Source: Mobula hypostoma
Lineage: Eukaryota
NCBI RefSeq assembly: GCF_963921235.1
Contig: NC_086101.1
Location: 2,668,001-2,732,000, forward strand
Length of the DNA stretch: 64,000 nt
Direction: 5' to 3'
In this document: positions 1-13,019 of the stretch, one piece after another
Layout: each line of letters opens with the position of its first letter
How positions within the stretch are numbered: position 1 is the first letter of the stretch
Notes under the pieces: generated by a model
Database searches by the model: none
What the model was told of the DNA's origin: nothing
What the model saw: the letters and a program-made list of their open reading frames with translations, nothing else
Translations under genes and position numbers: made by a program

Positions 1-890
1 CAAATGCCATCTATAAACTTGCTGACAATACAACCATTGTTAGTAGAATCTCAGATGGAGATGAGAGGGCATACAGGAGCGAGATATGCCAACTAGTGGA
101 GTGGTGCTGCAGCAACAACTTGGCACTCAACGTCAGTAAGACGATAGAGCTGATTGTGGACTTCAGGAAGGGTAAGATGAAGGAACACATACCAATCCTC
201 ATAGAGAGATCAGAAGGGGAGAGAGAGAGCAGTTTCAAGTTCCTGGGTGTCAAGATCTCTGAGGATCTAAGCTGGTCCCAACATATTGATGTAGTCATAA
301 AAAAGGCAAGACAGCGGCTATACTTCATTAGGAGTTGGAAGAGATTTGACATGTCAACAAATACACTCAAGAACTTCTATAGATGTACCATGGAGAGCAT
401 CCTGACAGGCTGCATCACTGTCTGGTATGGAGGGGCTACTGCACAGGACCGAAAGAAGCTGCAGAGGGTTGTAAGTCTAGTCAGCTCCATCTTGGGCACT
501 AGCCTACAAAGTACCCAGGACATCTTCAGGGAGCGGTGTCTGAGAAAGGCAGCGTCCATTATTAAGGACCTCCAGCACCCAGGGCATGGCCTTTTCTCAC
601 TGTTACCATCAGGGAGGAGATACAGAAGCCTGAAGGCACACACTCAGCGATTCAGGAACAGCTTCTTCCCCTCTGCCATCCGATTCCTAAATGGACATTG
701 AACCTGGGAACACTACCTCACTTTTATAATCCATATTATTTCTGTTTTTGCATGATTTTAATCTATTCAATATACTGTAAATGATTTACTTATTATTTTT
801 CTTCTTCTATCTGTTGTATTGAACGAGTGCTGCTGCTAAGTTATCAAATTTCACGACATGCTGGTGATGACAAACCTGATTTTGTTCTGT
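1..890 (+). mobile_element. Rex1/Babar-like non-LTR retrotransposon, 3' fragment (RT C-terminus and 3'UTR)
   Basis: ORF 96-701 'WCCSNNLALNVSKTIELIVDFRK...KKARQRLYFIRS...FYRCTMESILTGCITVWYG...RFRNSFFPSAIRFLN' is the typical RT C-terminus of this clade; an AT-rich 3'UTR follows. Confidence 0.85.
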
Positions 891-1480
891 CCTTAGGGGC
901 AGGTGGGTTGTTACAAGACAAAGATGTGTTGAACAGTTTCTAGCTACCTGCTGTGGAGCCACTGTGCAGCTTCTGTACCATGCAGTGATGCAGCTTGTGC
1001 CTGGCACAAGGTCTGGAGTTCCTCCACCTGGTAGGACACCTCACCATTGCTGGTGACGAGCCACAAGACTATCATTGTTTCTCTCCCTCCACCACCTCTC
1101 CAACTCCTTAAATCCATCTTCTACTCCTACTTCCTCCTCACCACCACATAGCTCTCCCTGGGTCCACCCTAACCCTGCCCCCCCCCCCACTGTCCTACCT
1201 CTCCTCCTTCCTCTCTCCAATTCCATACCCCTTCCTCTCTCTCCATCCCACTCCCCTTCACTGCCCTACCTCACTACCCCACCTTCTTACCCACTCTCTC
1301 CTCAAATCCCTACTCACCTCTCTCTCTGCCCTACGTCATTATCCCACCTCCCTACTCCCTCGCTTTCAACCCCCAACCCCACCTTCCTTCACTGCTCTAT
1401 CTCCGTTCCCTCTCTTCCTCGATTCCCCCACGCCAGCTCTCTCCACTGTCCTACCTCCGTATCCTCTCTCCTTCGATTCC

Positions 1481-1912
1481 CCTACCCCACCTCCCTCCAC
1501 TTCCCTATCTCACACTACCCCACCTCCCTCCACTGCCTTACCTCACACTACCCCACCTCCCTCCACTTCCCTACCTCACACTACCCCACCTCCCTCCACT
1601 TCCCTACCTCACACTACCCCACCTCCCTCCACTTCCCTACCTCACACTACCCCACCTCCCTCCACTTCCCTACCTCACACTACCCCTCCCTCCACTTCCC
1701 TACCTCACACTACCCCACCTCCCTCCACTTCCCTATCTCACACTACCCCACCTCCCTCCACTGCCTTACCTCACACTACCCCACCTCCCTCCACTTCCCT
1801 ACCTCACACTACCCCACCTCCCTCCACTTCCCTACCTCACACTACCCCACCTCCCTACCTCACACTACCCCACCTCCCTCCACTTCCCTACCTCACACTA
1901 CCCCACCTCCCT
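1481..1912. repeat. 33-bp C-rich minisatellite (CCCCACCTCCCTCCACTTCCCTACCTCACACTA)n within a pyrimidine-rich tract (~1080-2090)
   Basis: About 13 directly visible tandem units; the ORF track shows the matching 11-aa period HFPTSHYPTSL. Confidence 0.95.
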
Positions 1913-2098
1913 CTCCCATCTTTCTTTCTTCGCCCCTTCCCTACAAAACTTCTCTAACCCGTGTCTCGCTCGGCTCCCCTCTGCCCTTTCTCCCTGTTCG
2001 TACTCCCCGTCCATCACCTCCCTCCCCCTCACCCCGTTCTCCCTGGACAGCCCTGTATCTCCCTCTGTCCCTTTCCTATCCCTTCCTCCCTCACTTAC

Positions 2099-2137
2099 CA
2101 CATTGCCTCCACTCCTCGGCGTTGCCCGCACCGCCAT
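2099..2137 (-). CDS. Putative first coding exon of an unidentified host gene (MAVRATPRSGGNV, phase-0 donor); gene runs off the left end
   Basis: Minus strand reads caagATGGCG...AATGTG|gtaagtga: strong start context and a consensus donor inside a local CpG-rich patch. Confidence 0.6.
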
Positions 2138-2199
2138 CTTGTCCCGACCTGCCCCGCGCGGCCTACAGGAACAATAAAGTTCGTTGAACGTTCAGCCGC

Positions 2200-2213
2200 G
2201 TCTCCATGGTAAC
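2200..2213. promoter_or_regulatory. RFX X-box motif GTCTCCATGGTAAC in a CpG-rich promoter (~2110-2280)
   Basis: Close match to the palindromic RFX site GTTGCCATGGCAAC, about 60 nt upstream of the ATG at 2137. Confidence 0.65.
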
Positions 2214-2364
2214 GGCGCAGACGCCGGACTCGGCGGCCTCCGGCTCTCCGGTCCGATCCGACTGCCCCCGGAGCCTGTGATTCCCTCACTAATCAACAAC
2301 CGGTCGATGATAACAATTGTTGTCAAAAGGAACAAAAGTGTGGACTATTATCTAAACAGGGAGA

Positions 2365-3790
2365 ACAATAACGAGGTGGCCTAGGGGACAGTGGTGTCAG
2401 GAAAACAACCTCCCCTCAATGTCACAAAAACAAAGGAGCTGGTTGTGGAATGGAGACGGGCTAACCCCTATTGACATTAACATCAGTTCTTGTACATCAG
2501 TCACTGAAAGCAAGCATGCAAGTACAGCAGGCAGTGAAGAAAGCTAATGGCATGCTGGCCTTCATAACAAGGGGAATTGAGTATAAAAGCAAAGAGGTCC
2601 TTCTGCAGCTGTACAGGGCCCTGGTGAGACCACACCTGGAGTACTGTGTGCAGTTTTGGTCTCCAAATTTGAGGAAGGACATTCTTGCTATTGAGGGAGT
2701 GCAGCGTAGGTTCACAAGGTTAATTCCCGGGATGGCGGGACTGTCATATGTCGAAAGATTGGAGCGACTGGGCTTGTATACTCTGGAATTTAGAAGGCTG
2801 AGAGGGGATCTTATTGAAACATCTAAGATTATTAAGGGATTGGACACGCTGGAGGCAGGAAGCATGTTCCCACTGACCGGTGAGTCCAGAACCAGAGGCC
2901 ACAGTTTAAGAATTAGGGGTAGGCCATTTAGAACGGAGTTGAGGAAAAACTTTTTCACCCAGAGAGTGGTGGATGTATGGAACGCTCTGCCCCAGAAGGC
3001 TGTGGAGGCCAAGTCTCTGGATGCTTTCAAGAAAGAGATGGATAGAGCTCTTAAAGATAGTGGAATCAAAGGTTATGGGGATAAGGCAGGGACTGGATAC
3101 TGATTGTGGATGATCAGCCATGATCACAGTGAATGGTGGTGCTGGCTCGAAGGGCCGAATGGCCTACTCCTGCACTTGTTGTCTATTGTCATCACCGAGG
3201 ACCTCACGTGGTCTGTACACACGGGCTGCGTGGTGAAAAAGGCACAACAGTGCCTCTTTCACCTCAGACAGTTGAGGAAGTTTGGTACGGGGCCCCTAAA
3301 TCCTAAGAACTTTCTACAGAGGCACAATTGAGAGCATCCTGACTGGCTGCATCACTGTCTGGTATGGGAACGGTACCTCCCTCAATCGCAGGACTCTGCA
3401 GAGAGTGGTGCGGACAGCCCAGCACATCTGTAGTTGTGAACTTCCCACGATTCAGGACATTTACAGTGACAGGTGTGTAAAAAGGGCCTGAAGGATCATT
3501 GGGGACCCGAGTCACCCCAACCACAATCTATTCCAGCTGCTACCATCTGGGACATGGTACCGCAGCGTAAAAGCCAGGACCAACAGGCTCCGGGACAGCT
3601 TCTTCCACCAGGCCATCAGACTGATGAACTCGCGCTGATTTGAGTGTACTCTATATTACATTGACTGGTCTAATTATTATAAATTACTATGATTACTCAT
3701 TGCACATTTGGATGGAGAGGTAACGTAAAGATTTTTACTCCTCAATGTATGTGAAGGATATAAGTAATAAAGTCAAAGCATTTCAATTCA
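2365..3790 (+). mobile_element. Rex1/Babar-like 3' fragment interrupted by a CR1 3' fragment
   Basis: Rex-type coding at 2365-2480 resumes at 3190 ('ITEDLTWSVH...KKAQQCLFHLRQLRKFG'), followed by a 3'UTR with an AATAAAGTCAA end. Confidence 0.75.
2487..3189 (+). mobile_element. CR1 LINE 3' fragment (nested insertion)
   Basis: 'LLQLYRALVRPHLEYCVQFWSP...RGDLIE...FFTQRVV' plus the CR1 3'UTR 'gggccgaatggcctactcctgc'. Confidence 0.9.
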
Positions 3791-3961
3791 GTTCAAACAC
3801 AGACATGCCACCCTGCAAAAACTCATATCAGGGAGGTAGCACCACCACCCCCGACCCCTGCAACCCCCTATCCCCCCTCCGATCGACCTCCAAGGGTGCA
3901 TGTATACAGGACATTTGACTATAAAAGAAGACAACAATTTATTTGACCACATATTGAAACT

Positions 3962-3966
<5 letters not shown>

Positions 3967-4002
<36 letters not shown>
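3967..4002. repeat. (AC)n microsatellite
   Basis: Perfect dinucleotide run. Confidence 0.95.
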
Positions 4003-4006
<4 letters not shown>

Positions 4007-5300
4007 TTCCTTGTTGAGTATTCCTTGTAGAGTAGCTCCTTAGCAACTAGCCAGCTAGTTTAAATAACATTAGCTGTGCTAATGAACGAATGGCACCTGT
4101 TAAACTCACCTCAACATGTCTTTTACAGTCATTTAACCCACTATGGGCAATAAAAGTCACTGTTGCAACCAGTGCAGAGAGCAGCACCGTCATTATTTTT
4201 GACTCTATTAGGCAGGGGTACACTTTTGATGAAGTTTAAGGGTGTTGGGGAAGTAAGAAATGATTCTCTGATTCTGGTAAATAGCGGGTTAAAATTAAGT
4301 GCCAGTGAAAAGTTGCAGATACTGTCCTTGACTGAGAAAAACTGCCTTCAGTTTGCTTAGATTAACAACTCACAGCTGTCCCTTTGAGAACGATCTGTGG
4401 GCTATATTCACAAATGCTGCATACATCATGTCTTATGAGTTGACATATTGATGTAAGTTCCCTCCTTTGTCTATTCAAGCCTTACTGATAAGGCAAGAAT
4501 TTGTCTGTAGTGAAAACTTTGACTTAATGTACTCTCTCATCTAAGTAATTAAGTTTTGCTCTGACTTGGCAGGAAGATCTGTTCAACTAAGTGATTCTTT
4601 ATTTTGCCAGTTCTATAAATTGTCATGTTTCTCAGTGTTAGACAGAAAGCTTGTCAGAGCCGCTAGAGAGAGAGAGAGAATGTTTCTCTCTCTGATGATC
4701 GACTCTGAGTCTTTCTCACCGGCTGAGTTTGAACAAATAAACAGGTGAAAGGTTAAAGTAAAGGCTTGTGTGTGGAGTGGTTATTTGGTCCGGCAAATTT
4801 AAGTTTACACTTTAGTGTAGTCTGGGGTGAAGTCCTCGTGTTTGCATTCATGTTTCATATTTTCTGTTTTGGAACACTCTGCCATGGCGCTGCAGGACAC
4901 TAAACTGAACTGATGGACAATGAAAGAGAGAAAGAGAGAGAGAGAGAGATAGGTCAACTGTAAAGCCCACCCACAGAGAAAACTGATAGGTCTACTTAGC
5001 ACGAAGAGAGACCAATCAGGATACACACTCTCTCTCTCCCTCCCTCTCCCTCTCCCTCTATCGATTTCCGGGATATTGTATATAATTTGCGAGCATCAGG
5101 GAGCTGCTATCAATATGCAGGAGACTCCCGGAACTTCTGGGAGAGGTGGGATGTCTGCATACATCAGAGGTGCAGACTCCCAGAAGGTTAATTCACCAGT
5201 CGACTCTGTGCTAAAGAAGGCAAATGCAATGTTGACATTCATTTCAAGGGGAATAAAATATAAAAACAAGGAGATAATGCTGAGCCTTTATAAGACACGA

Positions 5301-7700
5301 GGTGAACTCGGTACAGAGGGCTACGGGGTGAACTGGGTACAGAGGGGTACGGGGTGAACTGGGTAAAGAGGGGTACGGGCAAACTGGGTACAGAGGGGTA
5401 CGGGTGAACTGGGTACAGAGGGGTATTGGGGAACTGAGTACAGAGGGGTATGGGGGAACTGGGTACAGAGAGATATGGGGTGAAAGGAGTACAGAGGGGT
5501 ACAGGATGAACTGGGTATAGAGCGGTACAGGGGAATTGGGTACAGAGGGGTATGGGGGGAACTGGGTAAAGAGGGGTACGGGGTGAACTGGGTACAGAGG
5601 GGTACGGGGTGAACTGGGTACAGAAGGGTACGAGGAAACTGGGTACAGATGGGTACGGGGTGAACTGGGTACAGAGGGGTATGGGAGGAACTGGGTACAG
5701 AGAGATACGGGGTGAAAGGAGTACAGACGGGGAACTGGGTACAGAGGGGTACAGGGTGAACTGATTAAAGAGGGGTACGGGGTGAACTGGGTACAGAGGG
5801 GTCTGGGAGGAACTGGGTACAGAGACATACGGGTGAAAGGAGTACTGAGGGGAACTGGGTACAGAGGTGTACGGGGTGAACTGGGTAAAGAGGGGTATGG
5901 GGGAACTGGGTACAGAGGGGTATGGGGGAACTGAGTACAGAGGGGTATGGGGAACTGGGTACAGAGAGATATGGGGTGAAAGGAGTACAGAGGGGTATGG
6001 GGTGAACTGGGTACAGAGGGGTACGGGGTGAACTGGGTACAGAGGGGTACGGGAGGAATTGGGTACAGAGGGTTATGGGGTGAACTGGGTAAAGAGGGGT
6101 ACGGGGTGAACTGGGTACAGAGGGGTATGGGGGAACTGGGTACAGAGAGATATGGGGTGAAAGGAGTACAGAGGGGTACGGGGTGAACTGGGTACAGAGG
6201 GGTACGGGGGGAACTGGGTAAAGAGGGGTATGGGGTGAACTGGGTACAGAGGGGTACAGGGGAATTGGGTACAGAGGGGTACGGGGTGAACTGGGTACAG
6301 AGGGGTACGGGGTGAACTGGGTACAGAGGGGTACAGTGGGAATTGGGTACAGAGGGGTATGGGGGGAACTGGGTACAGAGAGATATGGGGTGAAAGGAGT
6401 ACAGAGGGGTACGGGGTGAACTGGGTACAGAGGGGTACGGGGGGAACTGGGTAAAGAGGGGTATGGGGTGAACTGGGTACAGAGGGTACAGGGGGAATTG
6501 GGTACAGAGGGGTACGGGGTGAACTGGGTACAGAGGGGTACGGGGTGAACTGGGTACAGAGGGGTACAGTGGGAATTGGGTACAGAGGGGTATGGGGGGA
6601 ACTGGGTACAGAGAGATATAGGGTGAAAGGAGTACAGAGGGGTACGGGGTGAACTGGGTACAGAGGGGTACAGTGGGAATTGGGTACAGAGGGGTACGGG
6701 GTGAACTGGGTACAGAGGGGTACAGTGGGAATTGGGTACAGAGGGGTATGGGGTGAACTGGGTACAGAGGGGTACAGGGGGAATTGGGTACAGAGGGGTA
6801 TGGGGGAACTGGGTAAAGAGGGGTATGGGGTGAACTGGGTACAGAGGGGTACGGGGTGAACTGGGTACAGAGGGGTACAGAGGGAATTGGGTACAGAGGG
6901 GTATGGGGGAACTGGGTACAGAGAGATATGGGGTGAAAGGAGTGCAGAGGGGTATGGGGTGAACTGGGTACAGAGGGGTACGGGGTGAACTGGGTACAGA
7001 GGGGTACAGAGGGAATTGGGTACAGAGGGGTATGGGGGAACTGGGTACAGAGAGATATGGGGTGAAAGGAGTGCAGAGGGGTACGGGGTGAACTGGGTAC
7101 AGAGGGGTACAGTGGGAATTGGGTACAGAGGGGTATGGGGGGAACTGGGTACAGAGAGATAAGGGGTGAAAGGAGTACAGAGGGGTATGGGGTGAACTGG
7201 GTACAGAGGGGTACGGGGAACTGGGTACAGAGGGGTACGGGGGAACTGGTTACAGAGGTGTACGGGGTGAACTGGGTAAAGAGGGGTACGGGGTGAACTG
7301 GGTACAGAGGGGTACGGGGTGAACTGGGTACAGAGGGGTACAGGGGGAATTGGGTACAGAGGGGTACGGGGTGAACTGGGTACAGAGAGATATGGGGTGA
7401 AAGGAGTACAGCGGGGTACAGGGTGAACTGGGTACAGAGGGGTACGGGGGAACTGGTTACAGAGGTGTATGGGGTGAACTGGGTAAAGAGGGGTATGGGG
7501 GAACTGGGTACAGAGGGGTATGGGGGAACTGGGTACAGAGGGGTATGGGGGAACTGGCTGCAGAGAGATATGGGGTGAAAGGAGTACAGAGGGGTACGGG
7601 TGAACTGGGTACAGAGGGGTACGGGGGAATTGGGTACAGAGGGGTACGGGGGGAATTGGGTACAGAGGGGTATGGGGTGAACTGGGTACAGAGGGGTCTG
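5301..7700. repeat. ~26-bp G-rich minisatellite (AACTGGGTACAGAGGGGTACGGGGTG)n, about 90 variant units
   Basis: Directly visible tandem array with 25-27 bp variants; starts right after a short CR1 fragment (~5200-5298). Confidence 0.97.
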
Positions 7701-8281
7701 GCGTAAGTGGAGTACAGAAGGGTACAAAATCAACAGTTTTAGTCTCGCCTCTACCCTTTGACCTGTTTGGTATGGGTTATTCTTCCCAGAGCCCAAGGCA
7801 GTGGAGGTCTGACATCAGAATTTTCCTTTTAGATGAGCTGCCGACCACCGCGCACCCCATCTGCCAAAAGTAACTGGTAACCCAGAACTAACGAAGGCAC
7901 TAGTAGCGCACGTTCGCTCCTCCTCCCGTCAGTAGAAACGGCAATGCCGGGCTGAGCAGCTAAGTCACATGTGAAGGCCAGGAGCTGGACCTCGTGATCA
8001 GTGGCTATTTGTGAGGCACGCCATTGGAAGCATTTACTGGAGTGTCAGAGCCTCCACCCAGGCTATGTGAACTTGAAGGAGCTGTTTTTATAATCAACTT
8101 CCTTCATACTCAGTATGCACCTTGGGTGGTGCAACAATAAATTCAGTCAATTACCTGAAGCAATGATGTTTGCCTTTGTTGTACATCTATCTTTGGAATT
8201 CATCATTGGGAAATTCACAAGGAAGGGGTTTAATTACTCAGAGCATAATTACAGGCTGAAAGTTTAATGGGAGGATTACTC

Positions 8282-10005
8282 AAACACAAGGAAATCTGCA
8301 GATGCTGGAAGTTCAAGCAATAAACATCAAAGTTGCTGGTGAACGCAGCAGGCCAGGCAGCATCTCGAGGAAGAGGTACAGTCGACGTTTCGGGCTGAGA
8401 CCCTTCGTCAGGACTAACTGAAGGAAGAGTTAGTAAGAGATTTGAAAGTGGGAGGGGGAGGGGGAGATCCAAAATGATAGGAGAAGACAGGAGGGGGAGG
8501 GATGGAGCCAAGAGCTGGACAGGTGATTGGCAAAAGGGATATGAGAGGATCATGGGACAGGAGGCCCAAGGAGAAAGAAAAGGGGGAGGGGGAGCCCAGA
8601 GGATGGGCAAGGGGTATATTCAGATGGACAGAGGGAGAAAAAGGAGAGTGAGAGAAAGGATGTGTGTATTTAAATAAATAACGGATGGGGTACGACGGGG
8701 AGATGGGGCATTAACGGAAGTTAGAGAAGTCAATGTTCATGCCATCAGGTTGGAGGCTACCCAGACGGAATATAAGGTGTTGTTCCTCCAAACTGAGTGT
8801 GTCTTCATCTTTACAGTAGAGGAGGCCGTGGATAGACATGTCAGAATGGGAATGGGATGTGGAATTAAAATGTGTGGCCACTGGAAGATCTTGCTTTCTC
8901 TGGCGGACACAGCGTAGGTGCTCAGCGAAATGATCTCCCAGTCTGTGTCGGGTCTCGCCGATATATAAAAGGCCACATCGGGAGCACCGGACGCAGTATA
9001 TCACCCCAGTCGACTCACAGGTGAAGTGTTGCCTCACCTGGAAGGACTGTTTGGGGCCCTGAATGGTGGTAAGGGAGGAAGTGTAAGGGCATGTGTAGCA
9101 CTTGTTCCGCTTACACGGATAAGTGCCAGGAGGGAGATCAGTGGGGAGGGAAGGGGGGGGACGATTGGACAAGGGAGTCGCGTAGGGAGCGATCCCTGCG
9201 GAAAGCGGGGGGGAGGGGGGAGGGAAAGATGTGTTTAGTGGTGGGATCCCGTTGGCGGTGGCGGAAGTTACAGAGAATTATATGTTGGACCTGGAGGATA
9301 GTGGGGTGGTAGGTGAGGACAAGGGGAACCCTATTCCTAGTGGGGTGGCGGGAGGATGGAGTGAGAGCAGATGTGCGTGAAATGGGGGAGATGCGTTTGA
9401 GGGCAGAGTTGATAGTGGAGGAAGCGAAGCCCCTTTCTTTAAAAAAGGAGGATATCTCCGTCGTCCTGGAATGAAAAGCCTCATCCTGAGAGCAGATGCG
9501 GCGGAGACTGAGGAATTGCGAGAAGGGGATGGCATTTTTGCAAGATACAAGGTGAGAAGAGGAATAGTCCAGATAGCTGTGAGAGTCAGTAAGTTTATAG
9601 TAGACATCAGTGGATAAGCTGTCTCCAGAGACAGAGACAGAAAGATCTAGAAAGGGGAGGGAGGTGTCGGAAATGGACCAGGTAAACTTGAGGGCAGGGT
9701 GAAAGGTGGAGGCAAAGTTAATGAAGTCAACGAGTTCTGCATGCGTGCAGGAAGCAGCGCCAATGCAGTCGTCGATGTAGTGAAGGAAAAGTGGGGGACA
9801 GATACCAGAATAGGCACGGAACATAGATTGTTCCACAAAGCCAACAAAAAGGCAGGCATAGCTGGGACCCATATGGGTGCCCATGGCTACAGCTTTAGCT
9901 TGGAGGAAGTGGGAGGAGCCAAAGGAGAAATTATTAAGAGTAAGGACTAATTCCGCTAGACGGAGCAGAGTGGTGGTAGAGGGGAACTGATTAGGTCTGG
10001 AATCT
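8282..10005 (-). mobile_element. Penelope-like element, 5'-truncated: RT, GIY-YIG endonuclease and 3' terminal repeat
   Basis: ORF 9138-10061 has 'AMGTHMGPSYACLF...YIDDCIG...LPFLDL'. ORF 8711-9172 has 'VIYCVRCSRCGLLYIGETRHRL...EH...GMN'. A frameshift in a G-run separates the two. Confidence 0.92.
8379..8416 (-). ncRNA. Minimal hammerhead ribozyme core in the Penelope terminal repeat
   Basis: Minus strand reads agtc-CTGACGA-agggtctcagccc-GAAAC-gtcgact: CUGANGA and GAAA boxes flanking a GGG/CCC stem, with agtc/gact pairing. Confidence 0.65.
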
Positions 10006-10600
10006 TTCTTCTTCCGGATTCCTACAGACAGCCATGAAACAAAGAAAATCATGGAGCCCATTCAAAGAAAACCATCAACCCCCTCCCCCACATAAAAAAG
10101 GCAACAAAAGAAGTGAAAACACAAAATCAGAACAGTCCAGGCATAAGCCGATTCAGCTCAGTGTTCTACACCTGCAGGCTCCCCCGACTGATGTAGCATA
10201 AAAAAGGAGTGACCACAAACCAGAAAAGCACATCACAATGTGAACTACATCGACAGCATTGAAGGAGAGAGACCATTCATACGCAGGGACCTTCCTTCAG
10301 GAATATCACAATGTGAACTGCGTCGACAGCGTTGAGGGAGAGAGAGACCTTCCTTCAGGAGCAGCAAGCCAGAGGTTGGTCGATGGTGTCGAAGTCGCTC
10401 ATCTTCCGCAGCCACCTTGATGTTTTCAATCTTCCTTGGTGCTTTAATTGGTGAGATTGGCGAGAAACAGAGGGCGCTGGCCTTCTGGAAAACTCTCAGA
10501 GACAACAAAGCACTGGATTGCTAGCCCCAAAACACACAATCAAACTGTTAAATCACAGGCTCCAACAGTTCCAGAACCACATTTGAAAGGAAAAGAAGAT

Positions 10601-11068
10601 TTCAAATGCAATGTTGGCATTTATTTCAAGGGGAATAGAATATGAAAACAAGGAGATAATGCTGAGACTTTATAAGACACTAGTCAGGCTGCATTTGGAG
10701 TTTTCTCAACAGTTTTGGGCCCCATGTCTCAGAAAGGATGTGTTGCCACTGGAGAGAGTCCAGAGGAGGTTCATGAGGATGATTCTGGGAATGAAAGGCA
10801 ACCTTTTACAACAGAAGTAAGGAGGAATTTTTTAGCTGAAGAGTGGCGAATCTGTGGAATACTCTGCCAGAGACTGCGGTCGAGGCCAAGTCTGTGGGTA
10901 TATTCAAGATGGAAATAGATAGATTCCTGATTGATTGGGACATCAAGGGATATGGTGAGTGGACAGGTGTATGGGGTTGAATGGGATCCAGGGTCAGGCA
11001 TGATGAAATGGTGGAGTAGACTTGATGGTCTGAATGGCCTAATTCTGCTCCTATGTCTTATGGTCTAA
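10601..11068 (+). mobile_element. CR1 3' fragment (internally deleted)
   Basis: 'MLAFISRGIEY...LYKTLVRLHLE' and a CR1-type 3'UTR. Confidence 0.85.
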
Positions 11069-11419
11069 GATGTGAAAGGAGTGAAAGAAATAGTTTCATG
11101 GGTCATCTGCAGGATGTTGCCCTTGGTAGTGTAGTTTTCTGGCACCATCTTCTCCATTGTAAATGCATCTTAATATTTGTTAATTTATATGTGGTAATAT
11201 TGCTTTACGTGTTATGTCTGTGAGTTACATGTACTGTGTTGTGCACCTTGGTCTGGAGGAACACCGTTTCGTTTGGTGGTATACATGTGTATGGTTGAAT
11301 GACAGTAAGCTGAACGTGAACATGAACTTGATATAGTTTGTGAAGGATGGGTGTAAATGGCTTGCTTGATGATTGGCAGGGACATGGTGGGCGTTTCAGC
11401 TTGTTTCTAAGCTTGTATT

Positions 11420-12890
11420 ACAGAACCTAGAACAGTACAGGCCATTTGGGCCCCACATTGTTGTGCCAAACTTTTAACCAACTCCAAGATCACACTAATC
11501 CTTCCCTCCCACATAGTCCTCCATTTTCCTGACAGTCATGCTGCCTATCTAGGAGTCTCTTAGTGTTCCCAAAATCCCTCCTCCAATAACTTTAAAATTA
11601 TGCCCTCATGTATTAGCAATTTCCACCCTGGGAAAGTTTCTGGCTGTTCACTCAATCTATGCCTCTTCTCATCTCTCATCCTCCTCCTCTCCAAAAAGAA
11701 AACCCCAAGCTCGCTCAACCTACCTTCATAAGACATGCTCCCCAATTCAGACATCATCTTCAGTAAACCTCTTCTGCACTATCTAAATCTTCCACATCCT
11801 TCCTATCACAAACAAGAGAAAATCTGCAGATGCTGGAAATCCAAGCAACACACACAAAACGCTGGAGGAACTCAGCAGGTCAGGCAGTGTCTATGGAAAA
11901 AAGTACAGTCAATATTTTGGGCTGAGACCCTACATAGTTCCCATAATGAGATGACCAGAACTGTACAAGTGTGATCTACTCTGGTTTTATAGAGCCACAA
12001 CATTACCTCGCAGCTCTTCAACTCAATTCTCTGACTAAAGAAGGCCAACACACTGTATGTCTACTTAACTGTCCTATCAAGTTTCTCAGCAAGGTTGAAA
12101 AATGTGTGGACGTGGAACCTAAGATCCCTCTGTCCCTTCACACTGTTAAGAGTCCTCCCATTAACCCTGTATTCTGCCTTCAATTACAACCTTCCAAAGT
12201 GAATCACATCACACTTTTTCAAATTTAACTCCATCTGCCACTTCTCAACCCAGCTATGCATCCTGTCAATGTCCTGTTGTAACTTACAACAACCTTCTGC
12301 ACAATCCACAACTCCACCAACTTTTGTGTCATCTGAAAACTTACTAACCCACCCTTACACTTCCTTATCCAAGACAAGGGTCCCAGAACAGGACCCTGTG
12401 GTATACCACTGGCCACCGACCCGACCTCCAGGCAGAACACACTCCATTTTCTACCACCCTCTGCCTTCTATAGACAAGCTAATTCTGAATCTATATGGAC
12501 AAGTTTCCTAAGGTCCCATGTCTCCCGCTTTCTCAATGAGCCTACCATGGGGAACTTTGTCAAACACCTTACTAATATCCATATACACCACATCCACTGC
12601 TCTACCTTCACCAATGTGTTTTGTCATATCTACAAAGAATTCAATTAGGCTCGTCTGGCATGACCTACCCCTCACAAAGCCAGGCTGACTGCCTCTGATC
12701 AGACTATGCTTCTCCAAGTGATCAAAAGTCCTGTTTCTAGGAATCCTCTCCAATAGTTGATCCACCATTGACATAAGACACTGACAAAGGCAATCCCCTC
12801 CCACACTTCCCAAGTAATCTGGGGTATATCCCGTTTGACCCCATGGGTTTTCACAAGTTCCAACACATCCTCTTAATGTTGTACAGGTCC
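11420..12890 (-). mobile_element. Degraded CR1 RT and 3' region, with a Penelope terminal fragment at ~11810-11932
   Basis: Minus-strand 'GIPQGPVLGP', 'VDVVYMDISKVFDKVPH' and 'QPGFVRGRSC'. Confidence 0.85.
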
Positions 12891-13019
12891 TATTCAGTGT
12901 CTCCACCTCCATAGCTCTTGGCAATGGAGGTATAGTGGTATGGAGGAGCGACTGCAGAGGATCAGAAAAAAATGCAGAAATCAAAAAAAGAAAAAAATAG
13001 TATTTAGAACTTAGAGATT

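Noticed and set aside
1040..1080. Minus-strand donor CAATG|gtgagg as exon 2 of the X-box gene
   Set aside because: No polypyrimidine tract or acceptor upstream on the minus strand, which is purine-rich there.
1075..2187. 370-aa extensin-like ORF
   Set aside because: Stop-poor pyrimidine tract plus the 33-bp minisatellite; no splice context or true ATG start.
5244..7796. 850-aa Pro-rich ORF
   Set aside because: Read-through of the 26-bp minisatellite; the unit length is not a multiple of 3 and the peptide cycles through frames.
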